Notes: generated by a model not told the origin, from the sequence alone. A stretch of 64,000 bases of DNA from Eledone cirrhosa (GCA_964016885.1 OZ024741.1:328290001-328354000); one strand, 5' to 3'. Positions 15,611 to 31,595 are shown, counted from the first letter of the stretch. Program-made: numbers and translations.

Positions 15611-15644
15611 ATTCCTTTCAACTAAACTGTATCCATTCAAATCT

Positions 15645-16688
<1,044 letters not shown>

Positions 16689-16711
16689 TATATATATATA
16701 TATGCAGATAC

Positions 16712-18000
<1,289 letters not shown>

Positions 18001-18154
18001 TATATATATATATATACATATATACATATGTATATATATGTATAGAGAATATAATGTCCAGTTCAATAAACGTAATGAAGCCATTACAGCTCGACATTTT
18101 TATTGCCCTTGTGGCCAATAAATGAAAGCATTATTAATATTATTATTATTATTA

Positions 18155-18205
18155 CTTCAAATCCCGCCGAGGTTAACTTTGCCTTTCATTCTTACGGGGT
18201 CGATA
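18155..18205 (+). mobile_element. SINE fragment fused to the 3' end of an R4/Dong fragment
   Basis: ttcaaatcccgccgaggttaactttgcctttcattcttacggggtcgata. Confidence 0.7.
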
Positions 18206-19251
18206 TGGAAAGTTTGTTGAAATGAATATCAAGCCGCTATCTGCAGCCTCAGCATTCAGGACGTATCGGAGAATTCCTGCTGTTCCCAGCAAGCATGCCT
18301 TTGAAGTGTTCCAAAGAGTGGGGATGGACTAATCTTCTTTAACCATCCTTGAAAACTCTTTGAGATAGTGCGCCTATAGTTCCAAATCCTTTTTAACTCC
18401 CACTTTAAATCCTGTATCGGTTAATTTTCTCCCTCTCCTTTTCCTGCACTCTCATGTCAAATGGACAGGCTACATCTACAATCAGGCACGATCTTTTTTC
18501 CTTGTCCAAAACCACCGGGTCAGGCCTATTGTGTTCTAACTTCTTGTCCGTCTGTATCCTAAAATCCCATAGCACCTTCACCTGATCGTTTTCTATCACC
18601 CGACTCTGGCTTATGCTCATACGACTTCTCAGAATGTGGTAAATTGTTTACTCTGCTTAGGTCCCAGTGGATCACCCTGCCCATCACATCATGTCTCCAG
18701 CCTTTATACTGAGTCTGGGCTAGGTGCTTACGCTCGGATGCGATGTGAGCCACAGTCTCCTCTCTCTCTCTCAACAGATCCTACACAGTGAGCTAGCCTC
18801 CTCCTTGTCAGTATGGTGTGACACCCACCTCGTTCTGAGGGCTTGCACTTGCGCAGCCAATAGCATTCCTTCTGTAGCTTTTTTAAGGTCTCATCTTTTT
18901 AACCAGGGATTTTTCATGAAGGTTGCTCTTCGTCCTTGTTATTTCCTCCTTGGACATCCTCTAGTCTATTGTATTCTCCTTCAGTACAATTTTCAGCATT
19001 GGCTCCCTACTGTCAGTGACATATTTGTGCAGGTTGTTTTTCTCCATCTGAACACAGTCCTATATGCTGATAAGACCTCTTCCACCTTCAGATCTCTTTA
19101 AGTAGAGTCTATCGACATCACTTCTCTTGTGGAACATGTTGTAGATAGTCATTAGCTTCCTAATCTTCCTTTTCTTTTTGTTCAACAACATTCCATTTCA
19201 GAATTCCCGCACTGTACCTAATAATAGACACAACTCGGGAATTTACTGCAC
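18206..19251 (-). mobile_element. R4/Dong family B 3' fragment (RLE domain)
   Basis: VKVLWDFRIQTDKKLEHNRPD..DVACPFD, WRHD. Homologous to 42330-43770. The 5' break abuts (TTA)n 19252-19310. Confidence 0.88.
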
Positions 19252-19315
<64 letters not shown>

Positions 19316-19364
19316 CAGATATATATATAAATATATATGCGTGTGTGTGTGGGGGGGGGGGGTG

Positions 19365-19777
19365 TAGAAATTACGTATATCCAAAGAAATACGATTTTAG
19401 GAAGCCGCAGTTATGAAAACACCGGGGTGCTGACGCCCTCTAGTGTTGTCCAGCAGAAGCAAGGGGGACAACCGTCTATCCATTTCAGGCTTGACTGGCG
19501 ATCCTCAGGACGACCCCGCCCACCGCTTTCAACTGCTGGACTAGAAATCAGCCGAGAATATATACTTTTCTCGTCTGTGTAAATGAGGTGATTAATCGCA
19601 TTTGCATATGAAGCTGCATAAGTTGGCTCAACTCATATTAGGAAAGAAATAAGATGTCGCTTCAAGCATAGCTTCATAAAATATGTATAGAAATTTCGTA
19701 TCTCCAAAAAAATACGGTTTTAGGAAATTTCTATACATATTGTATAAAGCTATGCTTGAAGCGAAATCTTATTTCTT
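19365..19777. mobile_element. Small TA-terminated module with terminal hairpin and direct repeat
   Basis: Inverted 19644-19697 / 19724-19777. Direct repeat tagaaatt.cgtat.tccaaa.aaatacg.ttttaggaa at ~19364 and ~19688. Confidence 0.55.
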
Positions 19778-19802
19778 ATATATATAAATATATATATATA
19801 TA

Positions 19803-20436
19803 ATGAAGTTAATATGCCCACGGGTACTAAGTACCCCTGGAAATATATAGGTTGTCTATGATACAGGGTTGTTCAATGGTATTTATTTGACATACCAGAA
19901 TTATAATATTGAGATAAGCAGAACAAGCAAAATTCAAACAATTTTTTAAAATAAATAAAAAAATGTAATTTGAATATTTATCTGATCCAGTGCTTTTACC
20001 GATCGGTTTCACCTCACAAAACATAAGAAATCCATGGGATCTCCAATGGAAAAATGAGGATCATCAGAGAGCATTTTTCTTTCCTAGGACACAAAGTCCC
20101 AGGAACGGCAAAATATATTGCCATCTACTAGCTAGTACAGGATCGAATGAGGCCAAAATTTGACCTATACTTGAACCAGTCCGTAGCAAAAGCGGAAGTA
20201 AACATAGACGCGTTGTCTACACCGCCACTAAAAATAGCAGCCAAATAGAACAACAGATTTGTTCTCTACATGACGGAGAATATTACATTTTTCCATTGGA
20301 GATCCCATGGATTTATTATGTTTTATGAGGTGAAACCGATCGGTAAAAGCACTGGATCAGGTAAATATTTAAATTATATTTTTTTATTTATTTTAAAAAA
20401 TTGTTTGAATTTTGCTTGTTCTGCTTATCTCAATAT
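19803..20436. mobile_element. TA-flanked fold-back module carrying a hammerhead
   Basis: Inverted repeat 19906-20057 / 20286-20436, with TA runs on both sides. Confidence 0.8.
19991..20073 (-). ncRNA. Type I hammerhead ribozyme
   Basis: tgctct-CTGATGA-tcctca...tgaggt-GAAA-ccgatcgg-TA-aaagca. Palindromic stem III, one stem I mismatch. Confidence 0.8.
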
Positions 20437-20568
20437 ATATATATATATATGTATATTTAAAAAATAGAGGTGTGACACACGAGTTGTGATATATTAGTAA
20501 AAAGGAAAAGAAAATAATGACAAATTTTTCACTGGGAAAAATTTGTCAGCATTTTCTTTTCCTTTTTA

Positions 20569-20666
<98 letters not shown>

Positions 20667-21321
20667 GTGATTATGTACGTATGCATGTATGTAATTTGGT
20701 ATAATTCTTAGTGAACAATATTAGCAATGGTTGACATCATGTCGTCACTGTTCTTCAGAACGATCACTATGGAGTTATACAATAAACACAAGACCGGTCT
20801 AGTAATTTATACTTAAGCAATTCCACTCTAATAAGATATCAAAAATTTGGTGATTTCACTTGAAAGTTACGTTATATGTGTTATATTACAAAACAAAATC
20901 GCAAAACAAGAGCAATGTTAATAAATGAAGTTTTGAGAAATTGCTGCAACAACGAATTTGAAACGAAATTGAAAATTCGTTACGACAAATTAAAATACGT
21001 TGATTTTTATTTTTCTATTTTTTCTTTCTTTTAGTTTCTCTTTTGTTTTTTTTCCCTAAACCACTTGATAAAGATGGTAAATATATCTTGAGGCTGTCCA
21101 AAACAATGTTTGTTCAAACTATTTCCAACACTGAAGTAGCAACAATTTAAAACGTTTCAAAGTACTTCACAATAACGATCGGAACAAAACAAACGGCGAC
21201 AATATTCATGTTTGCTTAAAAGTGAAAGTTATAAATTCCTATGAATTATTTGTCTCCAAACTTCTCTAAAAATCACATAGCTTTTAATTATTTCATTTCC
21301 GATTCATCATCATCCTCATCA

Positions 21322-21415
<94 letters not shown>

Positions 21416-21522
21416 AATATTGGTCTATTAATTCTCTGGTACATATGTATATATGTACGTACATATGTATATACGCGCATGTGTATATCTGCACATAACA
21501 TACATACCTATGTCCATACCTT

Positions 21523-21680
<158 letters not shown>

Positions 21681-22198
21681 TATATACATATATAAATGAT
21701 CATAGATACGTACGTAACAATGTATATATGTACGTATGAATGTAAGTATGTGAGGCTCCGTGGACAATTTCAAAGACGAAAGTAAAATATTTAAGTGCCG
21801 ACTTTCATTATAACGATGTCTGAATAAAATGATCGATGCGTCTATGAGTTTGACCTAATGGACGTACGCAGTTTATATATATAAGTACTAAGAGCTTATC
21901 TCAAGAAATACATTTCTGCCGCAGGAATAAAAACATTTAAAGATTATCTAGTTAATTAACAACAAAGGCAGCATGTGAGAGTCTCGCAGCTGGATGTCTC
22001 AATAGAATTACTCCCAAATAGCAGATGAGAATAAATGTCAGATCGGATGACATCATATCAGCAAACCTAAGTTGTGACCGCTATGAAGTCTATTCCTAAA
22101 AGTAACTCTTATCACTTGAATATATATATAAACTGTGGAAAAGTAAACCAGACATATACGTACACAGACACACATACACACACACGCAGACACGCACG

Positions 22199-22329
<131 letters not shown>

Positions 22330-22466
22330 TTGTGAGTGTTTGTGTGTGCGTGTGTATTTGTATGTTGGGGTTCAAAGTTAATTGCGTCCGTAGGTGAGCA
22401 CTCCATGCTCTTGGGGAGCAGATTATCAATAGTATTAATATATAAGTAACAAAGAATCAGTGTTGC

Positions 22467-22702
22467 ATCATATATATATTTATTACATACGTTTCACTAT
22501 CGATCAGTTTGAGGAACGATGTATTAATGATCGAACGTCACTCAGCAATCGGAAGCTCCTTAGATATGTTTTATATGCAGGCACCGTTTGCACATTAAAA
22601 TATATCTGAGGAGATTCCGATTCCAGAGTCAGGTTCGATCATTAATAGATCGTTCCTCGAGCTGATCGATAGTGAAACATATGTAATAAATATGTATATG
22701 AT
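22467..22702. mobile_element. Fold-back module consisting almost entirely of two inverted hammerheads
   Basis: Arms 22467-22579 / 22589-22702. Same family as 53570-53860. Confidence 0.78.
22603..22688 (+). ncRNA. Hammerhead motif (CUGAGGA core)
   Basis: tat-CTGAGGA-(61 nt, cgatt/gatcg pairing)-GAAA-catatg-TA-ata. The inverted copy on the left arm has CTAAGGA. Confidence 0.7.
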
Positions 22703-22715
22703 ATAAATATGTATA

Positions 22716-22784
<69 letters not shown>

Positions 22785-22787
<3 letters not shown>

Positions 22788-22907
22788 AAGGACTAGCGTC
22801 CGAAACGTTAAGAGCTTCTTCCTGCTATATCTAGCGTTAACCTAATATATCCCTTCCATATACTGTTGTACCAATTATTTTCTTATTTCTGTTTACCTTT
22901 ACACACA
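22785..22907 (+). mobile_element. pLTR-like fragment beginning inside a minimal hammerhead and ending at a CA run
   Basis: tgaa-ggac-tagc-gtcc-GAAA-cgt-ta-aga. Homologous to the reverse complement of 55553-55675. Confidence 0.7.
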
Positions 22908-23239
22908 TATATATACTTCTTCAGTTAGTCTTCCATTGAATGTGAAGCATTGATTTTGCTTTTTCCAATGGATAATACACACACACACATATATGTGTGT
23001 GTGTGTTTGTGTGCGTATATATTATAAAGAAGATATACGGTTTTAAATAAACATCGTTTGTTTATTATATAATCCTGCAATCTTTACCGAAAACCATATG
23101 GGGCGACCAGTGGGGGGACACTTGGTCTTTCCCACCCTCGGAGATTTCTTCAGAATGAATAACAGAGGTGGTAAGGAAGAGGGACTCCCGGAGTTAGAGA
23201 TAAACACCTGACATCTATTTACATTTTTAGAAAAGCAAT

Positions 23240-23954
23240 CCCTTGATGCTGAAGGATGTTTTGATCCTTTATCATTTTCTACTGTTGTGGAAAGTATTGT
23301 AAGCGTAATTAATTAAGTGTTTCCCAGTTTGGGAATCTACCTTTCCAATTAGAAGTGGCCGTGTTAAAAAGCAGCCTTTTCCCTGCAAACATCACAGTGA
23401 ATGCTATAAACAAAATATCTCAAAAATGATTCATGGAGGAAGCCAGACTTTAAAATCTATCGAGTAAAATATTGACGAAGATGATGATGTTCATTATCCC
23501 GTTAAATTTCTCTACAGTCTAGAACCGTCCTGTAGGCTGTCACACAACCTTGAATTTAAGAAGAGCAAAATCACTACACTTCTCAAAAACCATCATCAGT
23601 CAAAATTGTGCAATGAGATACGTGTGGTTTTGGGTCAACTACAGCTTCACATTATCGAAGCTTAAATCTTCACTGGTAGTGGTAAGGGAGACATTGTATT
23701 TATAGACCTAGGATACCACTAATACCAACAGATGTCCCTTTTCGTTTCAAATTATTGCAATTTCCTGTAAGAGTCATTTACGAAATATTCATAAACAAGC
23801 ACCAAACCCAAACCCCACAGGTTGTCTAGAAGCGGGCTGTTTCTAATAGCGTCAATTGTTTGTAGGTTCTTCCAAACTAGTAATACCCCAAAAACGTTTC
23901 ATATATGCTCCAAAGCAAAAAGTTAAAAACTTTGTATATACTGAAGTGCTGTAA
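23240..23954 (+). pseudogene. Helitron RepHel Pif1-like helicase C-terminal relic
   Basis: Conceptual translation across stops and frameshifts: VHYPVKFLYSLEPS..HNL..LLKN...KLCN..R...HIIEA*IFTGSGKGDIVFI/PRIPLIPTDVPFRFKLLQFPVR...INK.Q.QT...QLFVG...KNFVYTEVL*. Confidence 0.85.
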
Positions 23955-24182
23955 ATGTTTTATCATTTTCATAGAACACATTTTTCTGTTACATTATTTA
24001 TTCCTTTCTATATTTTAAATATTCTAAATATTTTTTGTTAATTAAGAATGCAATATCTAAGTAGCGCTAAATATATTTTATTCTAAGGAAAATGTGCATA
24101 CGACAGATGACAATAGGATCATTATGAATAGATAGGTGCACACACATATAAATATATATATATACTAGCGGCCTTCTATCTA

Positions 24183-24260
24183 TATGGTGGTCGGCTGAAA
24201 AGTTCATAGGCTGATTAAGATACATAAAATGATTAATTGCAGTATATTTTCAGCACATTC
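24183..24260 (+). mobile_element. Possible Tc1/mariner-type TIR remnant
   Basis: ta-tggtggtcggctgaaaagttcataggctga resembles mariner TIR starts (TACGAGGG..CTGAAAAGTT). The partner TIR was not found. Confidence 0.4.
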
Positions 24261-24293
24261 CTTGGAATGAAACGATGTACTTTTAATATATAA

Positions 24294-24341
<48 letters not shown>

Positions 24342-25141
24342 TACACAATAATCAAAGTTATGTTCAAATCATTTTATTTAACTGAACAATCATATAGATT
24401 TTATTTAACTGAACAATCATATATATGTTGTCAACAACAGTTTTGTAATTACAGAGTGGTATATTCCTAACGCATTTGCACTCTCTATACGCTTGCATAT
24501 GTACTGCTAGTGTCCTCGTTTTACGAGTAACTTTCTACCTTAATGCCTCTTTAATTATTATACTATTCCCTTGTAATCTCTGTCGCATGCATTGCACTCT
24601 GTGCCTATTTAATTTTTAATTTTTAATTTTAATTATTGTACAATTCTCTTGTAATCTATGTCACATCCACTCCACTCTGTAAATACGAAACTTTTGTTGA
24701 CAACATTAATATCCATGTATCTATATGATTGTTCAGTTGAATAGGAGATTAATTATATGTACAAATATTGTTAGTGCTCCGATGATCTCAAACGAAAGTT
24801 TGGCAGAAACGATTGTCAGCAATAAAATTATTTCAACATAGCTTTGATTACTGTGTAATTTATATTCCTTCTCTGTAAAACATCGGATGTATTTACATTG
24901 AGCTATTTTTCTACTGGTAATAAGGTAGTAATGAATCACTGACCTTTCCTGTTTATAGTTGTATGTATATATATATATAAAGAGAGGGAGTGTGTGTGAG
25001 AGAGAGAGGGAGAAAGAGAGAAAATGAGAGAGAGAGTGAGAAAGAGAGAGAGAGTGTGAGAGAGAGAGGGATAGAGAGAGAGAGAGGGAGAGAGAGGGAG
25101 AGATAAGGACAGAGAGAAAGAGAGAGGAGATTAGATCATTG

Positions 25142-25242
25142 TCTTCTGATGATTAAATCTTCGATAGTTTCTAATTGATAATTGATTGCTTACATCGATT
25201 GTACGCTTCGATTATTTTGACTATGAAACGGCGCTGTAAGGA
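25142..25242 (+). ncRNA. Degenerate hammerhead motif
   Basis: tctt-CTGATGA-(72 nt, weak pairing)-GAAA-cggcgctg-TA-agga. Near-palindromic stem III. Lies ~140 nt upstream of (TA)n. Confidence 0.55.
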
Positions 25243-25377
25243 AAAAATGTTTTTTACCAACTTAAAGTATGTATATTTCCTTGAATATTATTTGCTTTAT
25301 ATATGTGTGTACAAAATATTATTTGTTACTCAAATGATATATGATTCGCTGGCTCGCCCACATTACATATATCCTTT

Positions 25378-25429
<52 letters not shown>

Positions 25430-25435
25430 TGTATA

Positions 25436-25525
<90 letters not shown>

Positions 25526-25740
25526 TGACCTATTTTCATCCCCAAAGTAATCTTTTCATTCAAAATACTCTTTCCATTCAAAACTGAAGTCTGCTTTCCT
25601 CTACGCCTAAATTAAATTCCTATTACTACTATTCTATCATATTGACCACTTACTACCTTTCTATTGGTCAATTCAAAACCAGTTCCCAAACAGACCTATT
25701 ATATTAAATCTTTGTTGGTTTTTTTCAATAAACAAATATC

Positions 25741-25868
25741 ATTATTTCTGAAGACAGCATATATATGTGTAGGTATGTATATTCCCTCTGATAATTTGTA
25801 AAAATTTTACATAAATCTATATGATATACATACCAACACACATATCCTAGAAACGATCGTAAAATAAT
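25741..25868 (+). ncRNA. Type I hammerhead ribozyme, long stem II
   Basis: attattt-CTGAAGA-(95 nt, atatgtgt/acacatat and ggtatgtata/tatacatacc)-GAAA-cgatcg-TA-aaataat. 7-bp stem I. Confidence 0.85.
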
Positions 25869-25929
25869 GAATATTTTAATATAAGGAACTGTTTCTTTGT
25901 TTTTATTCATTATTTTTATTAATTTATGA

Positions 25930-26031
25930 GAATTAGCCGTCGTAACGTTCATATTACCCACTCAACTACCCTAGGTATTGAGTACTTTGGTGCGTTATGG
26001 TCCACCTGGTTCCTTACCACATTTCCTTCGT
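25930..26031 (+). repeat. Second copy of the family forming the 31400-31595 palindrome
   Basis: gaattagccgtcg...attacccactc..ctacc..aggtattgagtactttggtgcgttatggtccacctggttccttaccacatttccttcgtt followed by (TA)n. Confidence 0.85.
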
Positions 26032-26034
26032 TAT

Positions 26035-26085
<51 letters not shown>

Positions 26086-26342
26086 CATACATGCATACAT
26101 ATAATTATATATATATATGTGTGTTTATATGTGTGTGTGTGTGTGTGTGCATATATGTGTGTGCCTGTGTGTGTGTATGTTTAGTGTAGTGTTCATAATC
26201 GTATCGTATATAAGTTCGTATTTTCGAATATATATGTTTTTCATGATGAAAGGCTACAATTGAATGATACAGTGAGCTGGCAATTCTCATAAACTCTATT
26301 AGAAACTATAGAAAATATAGATCTTACGTAGCAACCTGTTTC

Positions 26343-26419
26343 TTGTTGTTGTTGTTGTTGTTGTTCTTCTTCTTCTTCTTCTTCTTCTTCTTCTTCTTCT
26401 TCTTCTTCTTCTTCTTCTT

Positions 26420-26453
<34 letters not shown>

Positions 26454-26545
26454 AACAACCAACTAATACTACTACAACTAATACTCCATCTGATCCACCT
26501 CCACCTCCTCCTCATCCTCCTACTACTACTACTACTACAATACAA
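26343..26545. repeat. Compound (TTG)n(TTC)n(TAC)n trinucleotide array
   Basis: Direct reading. Confidence 0.95.
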
Positions 26546-26897
26546 TCTACTACTGCTTCTTCTTTACCTGCTTATTGCTGGGAGGGTTGTGGAATTTTCT
26601 CCAATTGATCCCAAGTGACGCCAGCCAGATCAACAAACTGCATCACAAAAGCTTTTATACAATTTAAACTTTTAGTTTAAATTAAATCATTGCTACAGCT
26701 AGAGAAGTAACAGTCGATCTTGCGATTACTCACTACTCCACCACTTAATAATTTGTGAGTGGGATTCTATGCCAAACGTACACGTACCACATTCCATACA
26801 CACTATATATATAATATATATATATGCGCACATATATATATATAAATGGAAAAAAAAGGAAATTGCATTTCTCACACTTAGTACGGCTAATACTTAA

Positions 26898-27418
26898 ATA
26901 TAAGTATGTATACGTGCATACATATATGTATACAGACGTACAGTAGTATGTATATATAAATACATACATGCACGCATCTATATATGTACGTATGGGTTTA
27001 CCGAACATTTATTATAATTCTCGGTTTGTTTGTAAACAAACAGACCGAATTATTAACGGTACAGTGTTAGGCAACCAACGTTGCCATTTTGTTGAACACT
27101 GACAAATATGCATAAGGAAAGTATATACTTTCAAACGTTCAATCAACTGACAGGAAGGTATACGGTGCTGATGACAGCTAATAAGCTGGAAACAAGTTCA
27201 TCGTTGCTTTGTCAGTGTTGAACAAAATGGCAACGATGGTTGCCAAACACTGTACGGCTAATAATTCGGGCTGTTTGTTTACAAACAAAGCGAGCATTAT
27301 AATAAATGTTCGGTAAACCCATACGTACATATATATATATATATGTGCATGTATGTATGTGTATACATACTACTGTACGTATGTATACATATATGTATCA
27401 ACGTATACATACTTATAT
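26898..27418. mobile_element. Fold-back module with a hammerhead in the loop
   Basis: Inverted repeat 26898-27106 / 27208-27418, ending in TA-rich runs. Confidence 0.82.
27163..27203 (+). ncRNA. Minimal type I hammerhead ribozyme
   Basis: cggtg-CTGATGA-cagct-aata-agctg-GAAA-caag-TT-catcg. A degenerate inverted copy at ~27708-27760 has the palindromic ctag stem III. Confidence 0.85.
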
Positions 27419-27446
27419 ATATATATATACATATATATATATACTT

Positions 27447-27521
<75 letters not shown>

Positions 27522-27789
27522 TTAGTTAAACAAAACAAGACCACACATTTCACAAGAACACATTATTAAAAGATTGTCAACATATTTTAGTTTGATGTAA
27601 GGAATGTAGAGAATAATAATAATAATATTAAAAATAATTGTTTCTACTTTTTGGCACAAGACCAGCAATTATGTCAGTGCATTACTGGTACTTTATTTTT
27701 AACTAGTTTGAACTAGTTCCTAGCTTATTAGCTGTCATCACCACCGTATACCTTCCTGGTACTATATTTATAATAATATTAATAATAAT

Positions 27790-29235
27790 AATGTCCGTTT
27801 ACAATTGTTTCGCTACTCCATATAATATTTCTGGATCAGATGACTATATATCATTATTGATTTGGTTCAGTTGAAAATAATTAACATATTTAAAAACAGA
27901 GCGGCTCATCAGAACTTCAAAGGAATATAAATTAAAATAAGGAGAGAATGTTACATAATGTAATGTTCCTTATATTGGTATTTCACTATGGTGTCCTGGT
28001 TGTATCAGTTGTCAGCCATAATCAAGTCATTCATCTGTCGAGGCTGCATTGTGTGAGATCTGCCTATGGGTAACAAGATGGCTGCCAAAGGACATATTTA
28101 CCTTACTAATTAGAGGGTGATTTCAGGGGAAGTAACTCCTCGAGAGATTAGATATTGTGGGTAGTTTATAGTTAAGTGCTAATTTTTTTAATTTTTTAAT
28201 TGATAGACAATGTAGGGGAGGTAACTTATAATTATCTAAGTTAGTTATAGCTATTTAACTTATTAGCTACAAGTAAAAATGGGGCTAGATGACTATGTTG
28301 GGTCAAATATTCTATTGGCGAAGGAATTAGCCCTTCGATGTTGACAGCTAATAGTTACCTCTGTTCTATCGTTAATCGGTAGAGGTCGGGATAGAGTTAT
28401 GTAATATGCTTCGGTAATACAGAGATCACAAGATTTTCTTCATCCATTGAACAGTTGGGCCCAAGCCACGATATCCCATTTTAGTGAGTGTTCAATGTTG
28501 CTTAATTTAGGTTTTTAATGAGCCTAGCTAGAGATGTCGAACATCTGTTGCTAGGGTATCGGAAGGAAAAAGAGTGCGCGTTATAGCGTACCTTAATAAC
28601 CGTGCACCTATAGACTGTGTTGGGTGTCAGGCAGTGTCCATTTAATGGGTATGAATTAGGGTAACAGCAGTTGCAGTTGCTTCTGCGGTTAGTGAGAGTA
28701 GGGTAGTTTAACCTAAGCGGTTGGTCAGTGCTAGAAGGAATAGATGGGGGAGGTGTGCTACTAGAGTAATTATTGGTGTAGTGGTGTGGTGTATTTGATA
28801 GGGCTGGTGGTACCGCGGCGTGGGAGTTATACTGTCTTAGTTAATGATGGTTACTAATTGCGATGTGGCTATCTAGGTTAGGTGTTGTGGAGAATGAGAT
28901 TTTAATGTTATTTTTATGAAAGAGTTTGTAATATCTATGGTTGGGGGGGGTAGATAGGATAGAGAAGAGTCGTTTAGGGATATTAGTGGCTAGATTAGAT
29001 GAGAATGGGGGGAGGTAAAGCCAGGTCATATTTCTAGGTCTATTCCTTCTAGGGGTTCTAGTGGAGTTGGTAGGGGCCTTCCTAGGGTTATTATTACCTG
29101 GGGATTTGTTATTTATCATGAAATTTGTGCTCTTGTTTGGCTTAACTAATGAATATTTCCAGCTCTGCGCGCCTAACTTCTGCATGAACCCAGCCACCTG
29201 GCTGCTTTCTACTGCATATTGCACATCGAGCACAT
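27790..29235 (-). mobile_element. Penelope-like element P4, 5'-truncated and decayed
   Basis: RRNRPRNMTW..PPFSSNLATNI..NHRYYKLFHKNNIKISFSTTPNL, then CNCCYPNS.PLNGHCL..NTVYRCTV remnants. Hammerhead in the 3' end. Confidence 0.82.
27797..27915 (-). ncRNA. Type I hammerhead ribozyme in P4 3' end, long stem II
   Basis: gtt-CTGATGA-gccgctc...gagtagc-GAAA-caattg-TA-aac. Confidence 0.8.
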
Positions 29236-29336
29236 GCCTTTACGCTTTTGCTTCTAACTAATACACCAATCTCTCCTCTCTTATCTCCTCTCCTATCTCC
29301 ATGTCTCTCTTTAAGATTGGTTAATCTTGAACTGTA

Positions 29337-29485
<149 letters not shown>

Positions 29486-29534
29486 GTATGTATATATATA
29501 TATATGTATATATATACATGTATATATATATGTG

Positions 29535-29584
<50 letters not shown>

Positions 29585-29639
29585 TATATAGATATAAAGG
29601 TTTACATATATATATATATATATATACATATACGTGTTT

Positions 29640-30171
29640 TGCAACGGGTCACATTGTGGCTCAATGAAAAGTTAATAAATTAAATAATCAGAGCTATATA
29701 TCATAAAACATGTCTATAGAATCACCAGATAAAATATATACCATTTCCTCTCCCAATTAGCATAATCAACTATATAAAAAATCGAATAGACCAGGCTATA
29801 AGAATAAGGCTTCTATGAAGAAATCCCCAACAAATACCCGAAACTAGCCCTTCGCGTCGGCTGCGACGGAATATTTATTGAATATTTCGGCAGTGTAATC
29901 GCCCAGATATACAGTTAATTAAACAGAATTAGGTGTAAAATAAACTAGGAGAAAAGAGAATACATTTAATTACCTCTACCATGGTTTCGTCCGCATTTTG
30001 AGATTTCCTATATATTCGGAAATTCGAGCATCGGACTTTTCAGGAGTTTGCTCTAATCTAGACATTACATTTTCCAAAGTGATCGCGCCGAGAATACATT
30101 CAAAATGGCTAAGAATCATGCCGTAGGAGCGGACAGGTTGGAAGGGTGTGGTAGTTGCTTACGGCTGGTGG

Positions 30172-30173
<2 letters not shown>
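29640..30173 (-). mobile_element. Solo TA-flanked pLTR-like module (homolog of 55985-56518)
   Basis: Shares ccatttcctctcccaat.agcataatcaac..accaggctataaga and attcaaaatggctaagaa with the second copy. Carries a hammerhead. Confidence 0.78.
29974..30046 (-). ncRNA. Hammerhead motif, core variant CUGAAAA
   Basis: ctc-CTGAAAA-gtccg...cggac-GAAA-ccatgg-TA-gag. Confidence 0.72.
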
Positions 30174-30229
<56 letters not shown>

Positions 30230-30231
<2 letters not shown>

Positions 30232-30815
30232 CCAATTCTTTTTATCCCAATAACTTATTTTAGTTATTGTATCGCCCTAGCTTGAGGTATCTGGTCTGTA
30301 ATGCGAAGAACTCTCCCCCTTCTCTCTCCTTCTCCCTCTTACTTTCAATCACCCCCTCTGCTCGTCACCCTCTCACGGCTACCCTCTTCATGACACGTTC
30401 ACTCACTCACTCTCTGCTACTCACCCTCTCTCTCTCTTCCTCCATCGTCCCACACCGTGCGAAATTCTTTCCTCGCTTACTTTCACACGGTTAAGATGTG
30501 TCTTTCGTCTTCTCGTCAATATTCGCAAGTTCTTATGTTCAAATGAATCAATGACTTGATTTTCTCAGTTTTTTCTCCCTTTACGTTGCCTCACCATTCG
30601 TGTTTTTTTACCTGTCTCTCTTTCTCAACCCAATTCTTTTTATTCCAATAACTTATTTTAGATATTGTTCGCGCTAGCCTGAGGTATCTGGTCTTTAATG
30701 GGAAGAAATACCTATGATGGCTAGTAGACCACTGATGATGGATAGTCCTATTTCTAATTCTTCATTTTAATTTGTACATCTCTTATGCAACAACACAGCA
30801 CGCCATTTTTCATTC
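30230..30815 (+). mobile_element. TA-flanked module with ~80-bp direct repeats and a truncated hammerhead
   Basis: Direct repeat 30230-30310 / 30628-30708. CTGATGA-t-gga-tag-tcc at 30732-30748 lacks the GAAA half. Confidence 0.55.
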
Positions 30816-30951
30816 CTATATATATATATATATACATACATACATATATATATATATACATATATATAACTACACACTCAAAAGTGTGTGCGCGCGCGCG
30901 TGTGTGTGTGTGATCGTGTGTCTCTGTGTATGTGTGTGTAGCTGTGTATGT

Positions 30952-31028
<77 letters not shown>

Positions 31029-31361
31029 CGTGCGCGCGCGTGTGTGTGTTCGTGCGTGCTTATATATACAAATAAGTGCGTGGTTGTATGTGCATGTATA
31101 TAGATTTGTTGAGAAAATTAATAATATAAACGTGTTTCGATTCGATGGTGAATTTACTGTGTAATGCATGCAGTTATATAGGTGTATAATTTTAACTGTG
31201 TGGGCATGTTGTTGGGCAACGACATACAGATATAAGCACTGCCACACACCTATACATACAGACATTGACACACAAATATAATCACATGGTCCCACTTTTA
31301 TATATATATTTATCTATTTATTTCATATACATTTACATATATACATATATATATATGTGTG

Positions 31362-31400
<39 letters not shown>

Positions 31401-31476
31401 CGAAGGAAATGTGGTAAGGAACCAGGTGGACCATAACGCACCAAAGTACTCAATACTTGAGGTAGTAGAGTGGGTA

Positions 31477-31590
31477 ATAGGAACCAGTAAGACCCCGACA
31501 GCTGAGCTCAAGCCGTTTCGACGGCTAATTCTGGACTCCAGAATTAGCCGTCGAAACGGCTTGAGCTCAGCTGTCGGGGTCTTACTGGTT

Positions 31591-31595
<5 letters not shown>
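31477..31595. repeat. Perfect 59-bp-arm palindrome (1-nt spacer at 31536) in a TA-flanked module 31400-31595
   Basis: ataggaaccagtaagaccccgacagctgagctcaagccgtttcgacggctaattctgga-c-tccagaattagccgtcgaaacggcttgagctcagctgtcggggtcttactggttcctat. Confidence 0.95.
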
